Part shown: in pieces, positions 11,244 to 21,032 of the stretch
Position numbering within the stretch: position 1 is the first letter of the stretch
Layout of the letters: each line of letters begins with the position of its first letter
Source of the DNA: an uncultured Gemmatimonadales bacterium
Lineage (GTDB): Bacteria > Gemmatimonadota > Gemmatimonadetes > Gemmatimonadales > GWC2-71-9
Assembly: GCA_963796335.1 (NCBI GenBank)
Contig: CAWCLG010000003.1
Location: 129,795-193,794 of the forward strand
DNA length: 64,000 bases
Direction of reading: 5' to 3'
Program-made: the position numbers and the translations under genes
Notes under the pieces: model-generated
What the model saw: the letters and a program-made list of their open reading frames with translations, nothing else
What the model was told of the DNA's origin: nothing
The model's database searches: none

Positions 11244-13786
11244 ATGGCCGCCAGCTGCCTCAACGCCGGCGTTGCCGCCGCACAGAGCGCGGCCGACAGC
11301 GCGGCCGCCACCGATACCACGCGCGTTGTCGCAGGCCCGCAATACGACTCCGGATGGCTGCACCGGCTCTTCTTCGGCCGTCACTACCGGGATCTCTGGA
11401 GCCACGCCGATCCAGGCGCCGCTGCTCGACATGGCCAGCTTCGCCGGCGGCCTCAAGGTCACCCAGCGCGGCGGCGGCCAGCAGACCAAGTCGATCCGGC
11501 TGGAAGGCGCCGACGGCAAGGAGTACCAGTTCCGGTCCATCGACAAGGACCCGGTCGGCGCGCTGCCGCCGGCGCTCCGCTCCACCGCCGCGGCCGACAT
11601 CGTCCGCGACCAGACCAGCGCCGGCCATCCGGTGGGGGCTCTGCTCGCGCCGCCGATCCTCGAGGCCGCCGGCGTCCTGCACGCGCCGCCGCCGGCTCTT
11701 CATGCTCCCCAAGAACGAGCCCCGGCTGGGCGAGTTCGCCGAAGGAGTTCGGCGGGATGCTCGGCACGATCGAGGAGCGTCCCGGGGACGACGAGGGAGG
11801 CGGAGTTCGAGGGCGCGAGCGAGGTCGTCAGCACCACCAAGCTGCTCAAGGAGGTGGAGGACAGTCCCAACGACCGGGTGGACGCGCCGCGCGTTCCTCA
11901 CCGCCCGGCTGGTGGACATCTTCATCGGCGACTGGGACCGTCACGCCGACCAGTGGCGCTGGGCGCGGTTCGGCGACGACAAGCCGCATCTCTGGCGTCC
12001 GATCCCGCGCGACCGCGATCAGGCCTTCGTCCGCTACGACGGCCTACTGCTCAAGGTGGCGCGCGCCAGCACGCCGCAGCTGGTGAACTTCGGCGGCGAC
12101 TACGCCGGGATGCTGGGCCAGACCTGGAACGGCCGCGACCTCGACCGGCGACTTCCTGGTCCCGCTGGAGCCGGCCGGTGTTCGATTCGGTCGCCGCCGC
12201 GCTCAAGTCGAAGCTCACCGACGCGGTGCATCGAGTCCGCCGCCGCCCAGCTGCCCCGAGGCTACGTCCCGCTCGATTCCGCCCGCCTGGCGAAGGCCCT
12301 CAAGCACCGGCGCGACCGGCTGCCCGAGGCGGCGCGCGACTACTACCGCCATCTCGCCGGTGAGGTGGACGTGCACGGGCACCGACCGCGACGAGATCGC
12401 CGAAGTGCGCCGGGTCGATGGCCGGTTCACCGAGGTGTCGCTCGCCGCGGTGGAAGGCGGCGAGGCTGGCGAGCCCTACTTCCGGCGCCGGTTCGACCAC
12501 GACGACACCAAGGAGAGTCCGGCTGCACCTGCACAACGGGGCCGACAAGGTGCGGGTGCACGGGGAAGGCAGGCGGCGGCATCCGGGTGCGCGTTCTGCC
12601 GGGGAAGGGCACCGATCAGGTGGTCGATTCGTCCGGTGGTGGGCGGGTCACGATGTACACCGAGGAGGCGGGCGACGTGGTGCTTCCCGGCCGCGACGTT
12701 GGCCGTGGACCGCCAGCCTTACGCCCCGCGCGACACCGCCTCGCGCGACTGGGGCGACCGCTGGCTCTCGGTCACCTGGCTCGCCGCCGGCCCCGACATC
12801 GGCATCTTCGCCGGCACCGGTGTCTCCCTCACCCGCTACGGGTTCCGCCGCGATCCCTTCGCCGAGCGCTACCGGCTGCGGGCCGGCTGGTCCACCGGCG
12901 CCAACACCGGCCGGGCCGATTTCAACGCCACCTGGATTCCCCAGAACTCGCGGGTCCGCGCCCACCTGCTCGCGCGAGCGTCGGGCATCGACGTGCTGCG
13001 GTTCCACGGGTTCGGCAACGAGGTGAGCGCGGACGAGGACGCGACGATTTCTTCAGGGTCGACCAGGTGGATTTCACGCTGGTCCCGTCGCTCTCATTCC
13101 CAGTGGGCAGCGAATGCGGCGTTCACGCTCGGGCCAAGGCTTCGCTATCTCCGACCACCGACTTCGAGGACGACCGATTCATCACCCCCGGCACCTACGG
13201 GGCAGGAACGTTCGGCCTGTTCGGTGGCGACCGGCGAGCTTCGCCTCGACGACCAGGGACCAGCCCTTGGGCACGACGCGAAGCCTCTCCCTGACGGTCG
13301 GAGGCGGCTTCTACCCTGCGGTGATGGACGTCGAGGAGTCGTTCGGTGAGGCGCACGCGGAGGTTTCCGGTCTCCTCGCCTCAAACACGCTGCCGCTCCA
13401 GCCCGCCCTGGCGCTGCACCTGGGTGGCAAGAAGGTGTGGGGCGACCTCATCCCGTTCCAGGAGGCGGCCTACATCGGCGACGCGTCCACCGTCCGGCTC
13501 GGCCGGCAGAACCGCTACGCGGGCAATGCGTCGCTGTACGCCCAGAGCGAGCTGCGGCTGTTCCTGACCAAGTTCTACTTCCTCGCCCCGGCCGATTTCG
13601 GCGTCCTCGGCCTGGCCGATGTGGGGCGGGTATTCCTGGATGGCGAGGAGTCGGACCAGTGGCACGCGGCGGGCGGCGGAGGCATCTGGGCTTCCTTCCT
13701 CGACCGGTCCTATATGGTCAGCCTGTCGCTGGCGAAGAAGCTCGGAGCGCACAGCGCTGTACTTCAGAATTGGGGCGGGGCTTTAG
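11244..13786 (+). pseudogene. Large outer-membrane protein: an N-terminal domain with a GDWDRHxDQW motif and a C-terminal Omp85/surface-antigen-like beta-barrel. Frame is interrupted.
   Basis: Signal-like MAASCLNAGVAAAQS. Segments: LEGADGKEYQFRSIDKDP, LTARLVDIFIGDWDRHADQWRWARFGD, IPRDRDQAF. C-terminal barrel: YIGDASTVRLGRQNRYAGNASLYAQSELR, GGGGIWASFLDRSYMVSLSLA..ERTALYFRIGAGL* (hand-translated end at 13786). Confidence 0.6.
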
Positions 13787-13816
13787 GAGAGACGACCGGA
13801 GAGGTCCGCTCTTCTT

Positions 13817-15214
13817 TCAGTACCCGCTCAAGCTGGGCTGCCGGCCCGCTCTCCAGCAGCTCCGCGCAATCGGCTCAGCCCTTCCTCCAGCCGTGCCCGG
13901 CTCGCGGTGGCGCCGAGGCAGACGCGAACGGCGTGGGGCGCACTGTCGCGGCCTACCACGAACTCCTCCGACGGGCTCACCACGACCTGACGGGCCCGCG
14001 CCTGAGCCACGAACTGCTCGGTTCGCCACGGCTCCGGGAGCGGAAGCCAGAGGTGGAAGCTCGGCGGCGCGCGGCGCGGGAGCCAGCGGCTCGAGTATCC
14101 GCATCGCGGCGGCGTGGCGCGCGGTGGTCTCCTCCCGCTTCCAGGCCACCATGGCGTCCGCTTCGCCCCGCTCGATCCACTCGCTCGCCAGCTCGGCAAG
14201 CAGCGGTGCGATGAGCCAGGTGCTGGCGCGGATCACCCCGGCCACCCGATCCACCCGCGACTCCGGCGCCACCACGTATCCCACCCGAAGCCCGGGCGCC
14301 ATGCTCTTCGACGTGCTGGTGATGTAGTAGGAGATGCGCCGGCGCGAGGCTGGTGAGCGGCGGAAGCGGACTGTTCGGACAGGAAGCCGTAGACGTCGTC
14401 CTCGATCAGCGCGACGTCGTAGCGCTGCGGCGATGCTCGACCAGCGCCTGGCGCCGCGCCAGCGGCATCGTGCGGGCGGTGGGGTTCTGCAGCGTCGGCA
14501 TGCAGTAGAGCGCGCGAGGCGCGCTCTCGCGGCAGGCCGCCTCGAAGGCCTCGGGAATGAGACCGTGGGCGTCGAGCGGAAGGCCGCGAAGCTGCAGGTG
14601 CAGCAGGCTCGCGATCGCCTTGATGCCGGTGTAGGTGACGTGCTCGGTGAGGACCACGTCGCCGGGCCTGGCGAGCGAGGCGAGCACCGTGGCCGCGCCG
14701 TGCTGGGCGCCGCTCGTGATGATCACCCGCTCGGCCGGCACCGCGAGTCCGCTGCGACGGATCCACTGCGCGCCCAGCTCCCGATGCCGCGCCATGCCCG
14801 GCGCCGGCTGGTAGAAGTCCATCAGCCGGTCGAGATCCGGCCGGCGGGCGAGCGCCTGGAGTATGCGCGCCCGCGGAGCCGACCCGCGGGTCGCGAACCA
14901 GCCGGCTCTTGCTCAGGTCGATGACCTCGGGATCCTCCTCCTCCACCGCGCCCTGCTCGACGCCGGGCTCGGGCCCCCGCACGAACGTTCCCCGACCCAC
15001 CTCGCCGCTCACGATGCCCCGCTGCTCCGCCACCGCGTAGGCCCGCCCCACGGTGCCGATGGCCACGCCGAGCCGCTGGGCGAGGTCGCGTTGGGTGGGA
15101 AGCCGGGTACCGGGGAGCAGGACGCCCGGCTTCGATGTCGCGCTGGAGGGCGTCGAGCAGCGCCTGGTACTTGGGCTCGGCGTCCGCGGCGAGGGCAGGG
15201 TTCCACATTGTCAT
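13817..15214 (-). pseudogene. MocR/PdxR-type regulator (GntR wHTH fused to a PLP aminotransferase-like domain). Frame is interrupted and the 3' end is uncertain by about 50 nt.
   Basis: ATG at 15212-15214 (MTMWNPAL). wHTH: LPTQRDLAQRLGVAIGTVGRAYAVAEQRGIV. Aminotransferase fold: VIITSGAQHGAATVLASL, YCMPTLQNPT, DVALIEDDVYGF, APGLRVGYVVAP. Confidence 0.8.
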
Positions 15215-15218
15215 AGTA

Positions 15219-15261
15219 ACAATATGGCATTTGACATCACACAAGTCAACAGCAATATTGT
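15219..15261. promoter_or_regulatory. Nested inverted repeat in the MocR/EamA divergent promoter region; candidate MocR operator
   Basis: ACAATAT-ggcat-TTGAC-atcacacaa-GTCAA-cagca-ATATTGT. Both pairs of arms are exact reverse complements. This is the most AT-rich stretch in the vicinity. A further TTGAC occurs at 15274-15278. Confidence 0.45.
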
Positions 15262-15291
15262 GCAATCTAGCGATTGACTCGGAGCGAAGCC

Positions 15292-16285
15292 ATGGCGGCG
15301 CACAACGACCTCGCACAGACCCCAGCCGACGACCTCACGCAGGCCTCCACCCAGGAGCGTCTCCGCCTGGTAGTCGCCGGCCCGCCTGCCGGACGCTCTC
15401 ACAGCCGGCTAGCCGCGGTGGCGGCTTTCGTCGCGCTGTGCCTCATCTGGGGCTCGACCTGGCTCGCCATCAAGGTCGGACTGCGCGATCTGCCGCCGAT
15501 CACGCTTCGCCGGGATCCGGTTCGTCCTCGCCGCGCTGATCCTCTACGGCATCATTCTCGTGCGCGGGATTCGGTTGCCCTGGGCGGCGCGGGACTGGCG
15601 CTTGCTGGCCTGGACCGGGTTCCTCTCCATCACCATCAACTACGCCCTCGTGTTCTGGGCCGAGCTGCACATCTCCTCGGGGCTCGCCGCCGTACTCAAT
15701 GCGACCATCCCGCTGTTCGGGCTGCCGCTAGCGCATCGATTGCTGGCCGCGGAGCCGATGACGCCCCACAAGGTGGGTGGCGTCGTGCTCGGCGTGCTTG
15801 GCCTCGCGATCGTCTTCGGCGCGGAGCTGGGCGGCAACGGTACGCTGGCGGCGTGGGCGAGCATCGGCGTGATGGTGGCGTCGCTCTCGGGCGCGCATGC
15901 CGGGGTGCTGGTGAAGGCGAGGGGAACGCACCTCGATCCGGCGGTGCTGGCCGGCGTGCAGATGGCGGCGGGGTCGGTGCCCTTGGTTCTGGGTGGAATG
16001 GCGCTCGAGGGCAATCCGCTCCAGCTCCACTGGACGCCTTCGGCGCTCGCGTCGCTGGCCTACCTCACGGTCGTCGGGTCGGTGATCGCGTTTCTGGCGT
16101 ACTACTGGCTGATCCGGCACATCGACGTGACCCGGGTGCTGCTGATCCCGCTCATCACGCCGCTGGTGGCCGTCGGGCTCGGCGTCGCGTTCCTGGGAGA
16201 GAGCGTGGGGTGGGGAACCGCGGTGGGAGGGACGGCGATCCTGGGTGGCGTGGCGCTGGCGGTGTGGAACGGGGGGCGCCGTTGA
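15292..16285 (+). pseudogene. EamA/DMT-family transporter (10-TM exporter type) with one apparent frameshift near 15505
   Basis: MAAHNDL...AAFVALCLIWGSTWLAIKVGL (frame 15274), then WTGFLSITINYALVFWAELHISSGLAAVLNATIPLF...LTVVGSVIAFLAYYWLI (frame 15560). Confidence 0.8.
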
Positions 16286-16293
16286 CGCCCCCC
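16271..16293. terminator. GC hairpin between convergent gene ends; possible bidirectional terminator without U-tracts
   Basis: GGGGGGCG-ccgttga-CGCCCCCC. The loop contains the EamA stop codon. Confidence 0.3.
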
Positions 16294-16306
16294 GCTCGAC
16301 CTGCCG

Positions 16307-17299
16307 CTATGCCGCCGACTCGTTTGTCCGGTGTGCCCGGCGAGTCTCCACCTGGCGCTTGAGCCAGTCGATCTGATCCTTGATCGTCTGGCGCGTGGCC
16401 TTGGTGGCCAGCCAGTCGAGCGCGCGGCGGCGCTCCTCTTCGGAGAACACCGGTGAATCCGCCAGCCGCTGGTAGAACGCGACCTGCTTCTCGGTAGGCG
16501 CGTAGGGACCGGCCCGGGTCTCGGCCTGCTCCAGCGCCGGAGCCGCCTTCGCAACCGCGCGCACCGCACCCCTCTCCTCCTCCACCACCCTGGTCTGGCC
16601 ACCCTGGCGCGCGGCCGCGATCACCTGCGCCCGGACGCTGCCGGGGATCAGCCGGAAGCGGGCGTTCCTCGCCGCCTTCATCGCGCCGGCCTCGTACCAA
16701 TGCGGATTGAGCTGCCGGCCGCGTTGCGCCACCACCTCCTCGCCCTCCAGGACTCGGCGCGCGAAGTCGCGGATGTCCGAGTCGGCGAAGTTCTCGGCCA
16801 CCCAGGCGAGATAGTCGCGCCCTTCCGCGGACTCCAGGAGCTCGCGATAGGTCCTGCCCCGGTACTTCTTGCTGGGAACCTTGGAATCGAGATCCAGCTG
16901 GGCGGGATCGTAGTAAAGTGGCTGCCGCTTCACCCCGATCACCTGATCGAGCCGAACGTCCTGGCCCTCGGGTGATACCGCGAATCGGGCCGCCCGCACC
17001 TTGAACAGCGCCTCGCGATCTTCGCCTTCGCCGATCAACTCGTACTGGAGCTGTTCCTCGCGAATCACCTGACCCTGGGCGACCAGAGCCATGCAGCACT
17101 CATCCACCCCGGTCTTGCTGAGACCGACGATCTCCTGGCCTCCTTCGCGTACTACATAGACCAGATCGGTAGGGGCGACGCCCTCGAGCTCGCGCCGAAG
17201 CGCCTCTTCGTCCATCCGATCCATCAATTGAAACGGGTCCCATTGCGGCGCCGCTGGTACCGGCGTGGCCTCGATGGGACTGGATACCGCGTCCGACAT
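16307..17299 (-). CDS. Hypothetical protein, 330 aa, acidic, family not recognised
   Basis: Intact ORF. ATG at 17297-17299 (MSDAVSSPIEATP) with AGGAG about 8 nt upstream. The longer 363-aa version in the track begins at a non-ATG codon without an RBS. C-terminal helical region: PTEKQVAFYQRLADSPVFSEEERRRALDWLATKATRQTIKDQIDWLKRQV. Confidence 0.7.
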   Translation of the reverse strand: MSDAVSSPIEATPVPAAPQWDPFQLMDRMDEEALRRELEGVAPTDLVYVVREGGQEIVGLSKTGVDECCMALVAQGQVIREEQLQYELIGEGEDREALFKVRAARFAVSPEGQDVRLDQVIGVKRQPLYYDPAQLDLDSKVPSKKYRGRTYRELLESAEGRDYLAWVAENFADSDIRDFARRVLEGEEVVAQRGRQLNPHWYEAGAMKAARNARFRLIPGSVRAQVIAAARQGGQTRVVEEERGAVRAVAKAAPALEQAETRAGPYAPTEKQVAFYQRLADSPVFSEEERRRALDWLATKATRQTIKDQIDWLKRQVETRRAHRTNESAA

Positions 17300-17388
17300 G
17301 TGCCAACTCCTGCTGTATTGTGCACGGGCCGGTGAAGCGCCCGGTAACCGCAGTGCCGGGCCACGACCCGACACCCTGCGTAACACCA

Positions 17389-17417
17389 AATCTAGCAATG
17401 GGTTAGGCCTTGGTCAA
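17389..17417 (-). promoter_or_regulatory. Candidate sigma-70-type promoter for the 330-aa ORF
   Basis: On the minus strand: TTGACC - 17 nt - TAGATT, about 90 nt upstream of the ATG. Confidence 0.3.
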
Positions 17418-17492
17418 CAGGCCATAAGTCCACGCGGGACATGGAGTTAGCCGATCTGGCTTCGGGATTGTTTCGGGGTGAAAAGTCGGGGC

Positions 17493-17527
17493 AAAAAAAG
17501 AGGGACCGGATCGGGCGCCGGTCCCTC
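17493..17527 (-). terminator. Intrinsic terminator of the small acidic ORF
   Basis: Minus strand GAGGGACCGG-cgcccgat-CCGGTCCCTC followed by TTTTTTT, starting 6 nt after the stop codon. Confidence 0.65.
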
Positions 17528-17532
17528 GTACC

Positions 17533-17715
17533 TTACTCGTCGTCGTTCTGATTCTTGTAGAGCCAGTACTCCGGCCCAGCCAGGCTCTCGGGCCAATCGT
17601 CCAAGTGGAGATCACCCCGCCACGCCTCAGTGTCGGCGGGCTCCCACTCCGCGTCCGGCGTGTCCCAGGGCAGATCTCCTTCGCCTTCCCAGGGTCGCCC
17701 ATCCTGTAGGCTCAT
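17533..17715 (-). CDS. Small (60 aa), highly acidic, tryptophan-rich hypothetical protein
   Basis: ATG at 17713-17715 preceded by GGAGAGG. It has its own terminator. Sequence: MSLQDGRPWEGEGDLPWDTPDAEWEPADTEAWRGDLHLDDWPESLAGPEYWLYKNQNDDE. It contains 18 D/E, 6 W and only 3 R/K. Confidence 0.55.
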   Translation of the reverse strand: MSLQDGRPWEGEGDLPWDTPDAEWEPADTEAWRGDLHLDDWPESLAGPEYWLYKNQNDDE

Positions 17716-17998
17716 AACCTCTCCTCGGTTGGTCTCCGGGGGCTTCACCCGCTCTCACGAGCAAATGCCGGGCCGAACGGCTCGGCGCCTGGCCGAGACA
17801 TCGGTCGAAGCCCCGCACTGGGCCGGGCTCGATCGACCAACACGACTATGGCGGAAGGCAGCCGTAACTCTCGATGGGAGCGGTCACACCGCTGCGGTGG
17901 CGCAGGTCGAGACAGGGCTGTCTCCCCGCGCACCATCGGCGCCTTCGAGAAGCCCTACCGCGTTGCTGGAAGCCCAACTACAATTCCGTCCCTCATGA

Positions 17999-18072
17999 CG
18001 GGACGTGGCGCAGCCCGGTAGCGCACTGCAATGGGGTTGCAGGGGTCGCGGGTTCAAATCCCGCCGTCCCGA
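17999..18072 (+). tRNA. tRNA-Pro (anticodon GGG), no encoded CCA
   Basis: Acceptor cgggacg/cgtcccg. D-arm gcgcagcccggtagcgc. Anticodon stem ctgca/tgcag with loop ATGGGGT. T-arm gcgggTTCAAATCccgc. Confidence 0.9.
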
Positions 18073-18154
18073 TGGGTACAGAGCCGACCGCACCTGGTCG
18101 GCTTTGTCGTACCGGACTCCCGGCGGGCATCCCCTTCACTGATCGAGGTCCATC

Positions 18155-18652
18155 ATGCGGCGCAGCAGCCTGGCAATCTTCGCCTTCCTCCTTTCAGCCT
18201 GCGGCGGTGGCGAGCCGAAGGCCGGGCAAGCCGGCGGCGACTTCGCGATCGACTCGGCGGCGCTCACCAAGACGGCAACCGGCCTTCAGTACCAGGACGT
18301 CGTCACCGGTACCGGCCCCGAGGCCGCGGCCGGGCAGACGGCCACCGTGCACTACACCGGCTGGCTCACCGACGGGACCAAGTTCGACAGCAGCCGAGAC
18401 CGCGGCTCGCCGTTCAGCTTCCCGATCGGCGCCGGGCAGGTGATCCCGGGCTGGGACGAGGGCGTGGCCGGCATGAAGGTGGGCGGGCGGCGCAAGCTCG
18501 TGATCCCGGCCGACTTGGCCTATGGCGCGATGGGGAGCCCGCCGGTCATTCCTCCCAACGCGACCCTGGTCTTCGACGTGGAGCTGATCGAGCGTCCAGT
18601 GAGATGGATCACAGCCGGCGTGCGACCCAGGTCCCATACTTCTGCCTCCTAG
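18155..18652 (+). CDS. FKBP-type peptidyl-prolyl cis-trans isomerase lipoprotein. The last ~20 codons may be out of frame.
   Basis: Lipobox: AFLLSAC. Motifs: [75 protein letters not shown] one-base frame shift after VELI would give a short SVQ* ending. Confidence 0.85.
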   Translation: MRRSSLAIFAFLLSACGGGEPKAGQAGGDFAIDSAALTKTATGLQYQDVVTGTGPEAAAGQTATVHYTGWLTDGTKFDSSRDRGSPFSFPIGAGQVIPGWDEGVAGMKVGGRRKLVIPADLAYGAMGSPPVIPPNATLVFDVELIERPVRWITAGVRPRSHTSAS

Positions 18653-18764
18653 TACGGCTCTTTTCTCCGTTTCGCCATTGCACTGAAGGCTACCGGCCGC
18701 GGGCCCCTCCAGGGGCCCGCTCGCAGCCGCGCCGGCAGGGACCACCAGCGAAAGGGGGAGACGC

Positions 18765-19440
18765 ATGCGTCCTCGTCACGGTCGCCAGACTCGCACTGGC
18801 GCTGGGTGCGCTCGCGATGGTGCTCGGCTTGGCAGGGTGCGCCGCGAAGGTAAAGCAGGATGACTTCAACAACGAGATGGCCAAGCTTCGGCAGGAGATG
18901 CAGGCCGGCGACCAGGCCGTGGCATCCCGGGTGGACTCGACCAACGAGGGCTCGCCAAGCAGACCGCCCGGATCGACGCGCTGGAGCAGGAGCTCCAGGC
19001 GTTCCGCCAGCGAGTACACCGTCAGCATCGAGAAGGTGCGCGGGATGCTGAAATTCAATGTCCCGGTGCACTTCGAGTTCGCCAGCAGCGAGCTGCGCGA
19101 GGCCGACCGACCGGTGCTCGACCGGTTCGCCTCAGTCGTGGCCGAGTACTACCCCGGTGCGCTGGTGACGGTCGAAGGCTTCACCGACCCCGCCGGGAGC
19201 GCCGCCTACAATCTCCACTTGGGCAAGCAGCGGGCGGAGGCGGTCAAAGGAGTATCTCGGAGAAGCGGGCGGCTTCGGGCAGGACCACGTCAAGGCGGTG
19301 AGCTACGGCGAGGTCCGCAACCGGCAGGTGATGCCCGGCGCGCGAGGCCCGGGCGAGGAAGGGGTCGGAGAACCGGCGGGTGGTCGCTGGTGATCGACCA
19401 CGCGGCAGTAGCGACGGATCAGTTGTCGATCGCACCCTGA
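18765..19440 (+). pseudogene. OmpA/MotB-domain lipoprotein with an N-terminal coiled coil. Frame is interrupted.
   Basis: Lipobox: LAMVLGLAGC. Coiled coil: NNEMAKLRQEMQAGD. OmpA-like: VHFEFASSELREADRPVLDRFA, VEGFTDPAGSAAYNLHLGKQRAEAV, GENRRV. Confidence 0.7.
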
Positions 19441-19444
19441 TCGG

Positions 19445-20329
19445 CTACTGCTCGTCGTGGTCATGATCGCGATCGTGGTCGCGATCACGTGCGCCCCGGG
19501 AACTCCCGGGGCGCACGAGTTCTATGGTCCCCTGGAACGACTCCAGCGTCACCTGCGCGCTGCCGGTGCCCGATGGTGAAGTTGAAGCGCCGGCCCTTCC
19601 TGGTCTCGGTCAGCGTCACCGGGAACTCGGAGGCGAACTCGCCATTGAACGTCGATACCGACACGGCGGCGTTGCTGGCCTGCGGGCACGGTCACAGTGA
19701 TGTCGCCGTTGTGGGTGGAGAAGGCGTACCGCCCGCCGTTCCGGATGGGTCCGTCGTAGTCGAGGTCGCCGTTCACCGAGCTGGCGGTGACGCTGGTAGC
19801 ATCGACCTTGCTCAGGGTGATGCTGCCGTTCACCGTCTCCGCGGTCACCTCGCCCGAGCTGCCGCTCACGGTCACGTCCTCGTTGACCGAATTCACCTCG
19901 AGCCGGCCTTTCGCGCCCTTGAGCGTCACGCTGCCCTGGACCGACCGGAGCGACACCAGCCCGTCGCCCCCATCCACATCGACCTCGCCCTGCACCGTCT
20001 CCACTGAGATCGGGCCCCGAGAGCCGGCCACGCTGATGTGGGTGTTGACGCCTGAGAGATCGAGCGGCATCCAGGACGGCGCGGTGATCACCAGATCCAC
20101 CAGGCCGGGGGCGCCGCGGCGAGCCTCGGTCCGGATCGTCATCGCCGTCGTGGTCTGATCGATCTCCACCCGGTGTCCGGGTGCCGGGGTCGGCTTGGAC
20201 TCGCACGGCGCTCCGGTCCCACGCCTTCACCGCGATCTCTCCGGCGTACGCGCTGACATCCAGCCGTTGTCCCCGTTGGACCGGGACGGTCGAGTCGATC
20301 TGCTGGAGCAGGGCCAGTAGCAGCAACAC
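19445..20329 (-). pseudogene. DUF4097-type putative adhesin (beta-helical repeats) with an Asp/His-rich tail. It has at least 2 apparent frameshifts.
   Basis: GTG at 20329 with AAGGA upstream. Repeats: ISVETVQGEVDVDGGDGLVSLRSVQGSVTLKGAKGRLEVNSVNEDVTVSGSSGEVTAETVNGSITL. Hand-translated end: LESFQGTIELVRPGSSRGARDRDHDRDHDHDEQ*. Confidence 0.7.
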
Positions 20330-20342
20330 GTCGGGAATCCTT

Positions 20343-21019
20343 TCAGCTCACGGCGGAGACGAGCGAGGCCGCCTGCCGAAGCAGGTCGATCTTGCGCCGC
20401 ATCGTCTCGGCCAGGTGGGAATTCAGATAGACATTGGCGGAGTCGGCCGCCACCGCGCTGCGGGCCTGCGCGATCGCGCGATCGATCAGCGCGAGATTCT
20501 GCTCCAGGACCCGCACGGTGGCGGTGTCCAGCCGGCCCCGATTCTCCTCCAGAACCCGCTGCAGATCGACCACGGCCGCGTCGTAGCGCTGGCCCGGACT
20601 GCTGCTCACCGGAATGGTCGGCAACCCGCCGGACGGCGTTTGCGCGGTGGAACCGGCGAGGCCGGTGGGGTCCGGGTGCAGCAGCCAGGCGCCGCCGCCG
20701 GAGAGCGACCGCGAGCGCGATCCCCGCGGCCAGCAGCTGGGGCAGAGAGAAGCTGAAGCGCCGCGGAGCGATGGCGGCGGGCTTCACCGCGTGAGTCCCC
20801 GTGGTTACCCCGATCCGCTCGGCGATCCCCGACCAGAGGTCGTCGGCCGGCGGGCGGTCCTCCAGCGCACTGGCCCGCATCATGACCCGCCGCAGGCCGG
20901 CCAGCGTGTCCGTGCAGGCGGCACAGGAATCCAGGTGCGCCTCGAGCATCGTCCGGTCCTGGCTCGGCCATGTCGCCGTCCAGGTACTCGGACAGCCGGT
21001 CGGTCCACTGGTCGGTCAT
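20343..21019 (-). pseudogene. Anti-sigma factor (zf-HC2, single TM). Frame is interrupted.
   Basis: MTDQWTDRLSEYLDGD...LEAHLDSCAACTDTL (H-x3-C-x2-C). TM: LPQLLAAGIALAVAL. Periplasmic helical part: VLEENRGRLDTATVRVLEQNLALIDRAI. AGGAGG lies upstream of the ATG at 21019. Confidence 0.7.
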
Positions 21020-21032
21020 GGTGCGCGTCCTC

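Noticed and set aside
18031-19440. 469-aa ORF running from tRNA-Pro through the FKBP gene
   Set aside because: It starts inside the tRNA and overlaps the FKBP gene out of frame. Only the last third (the OmpA-like lipoprotein) is real.
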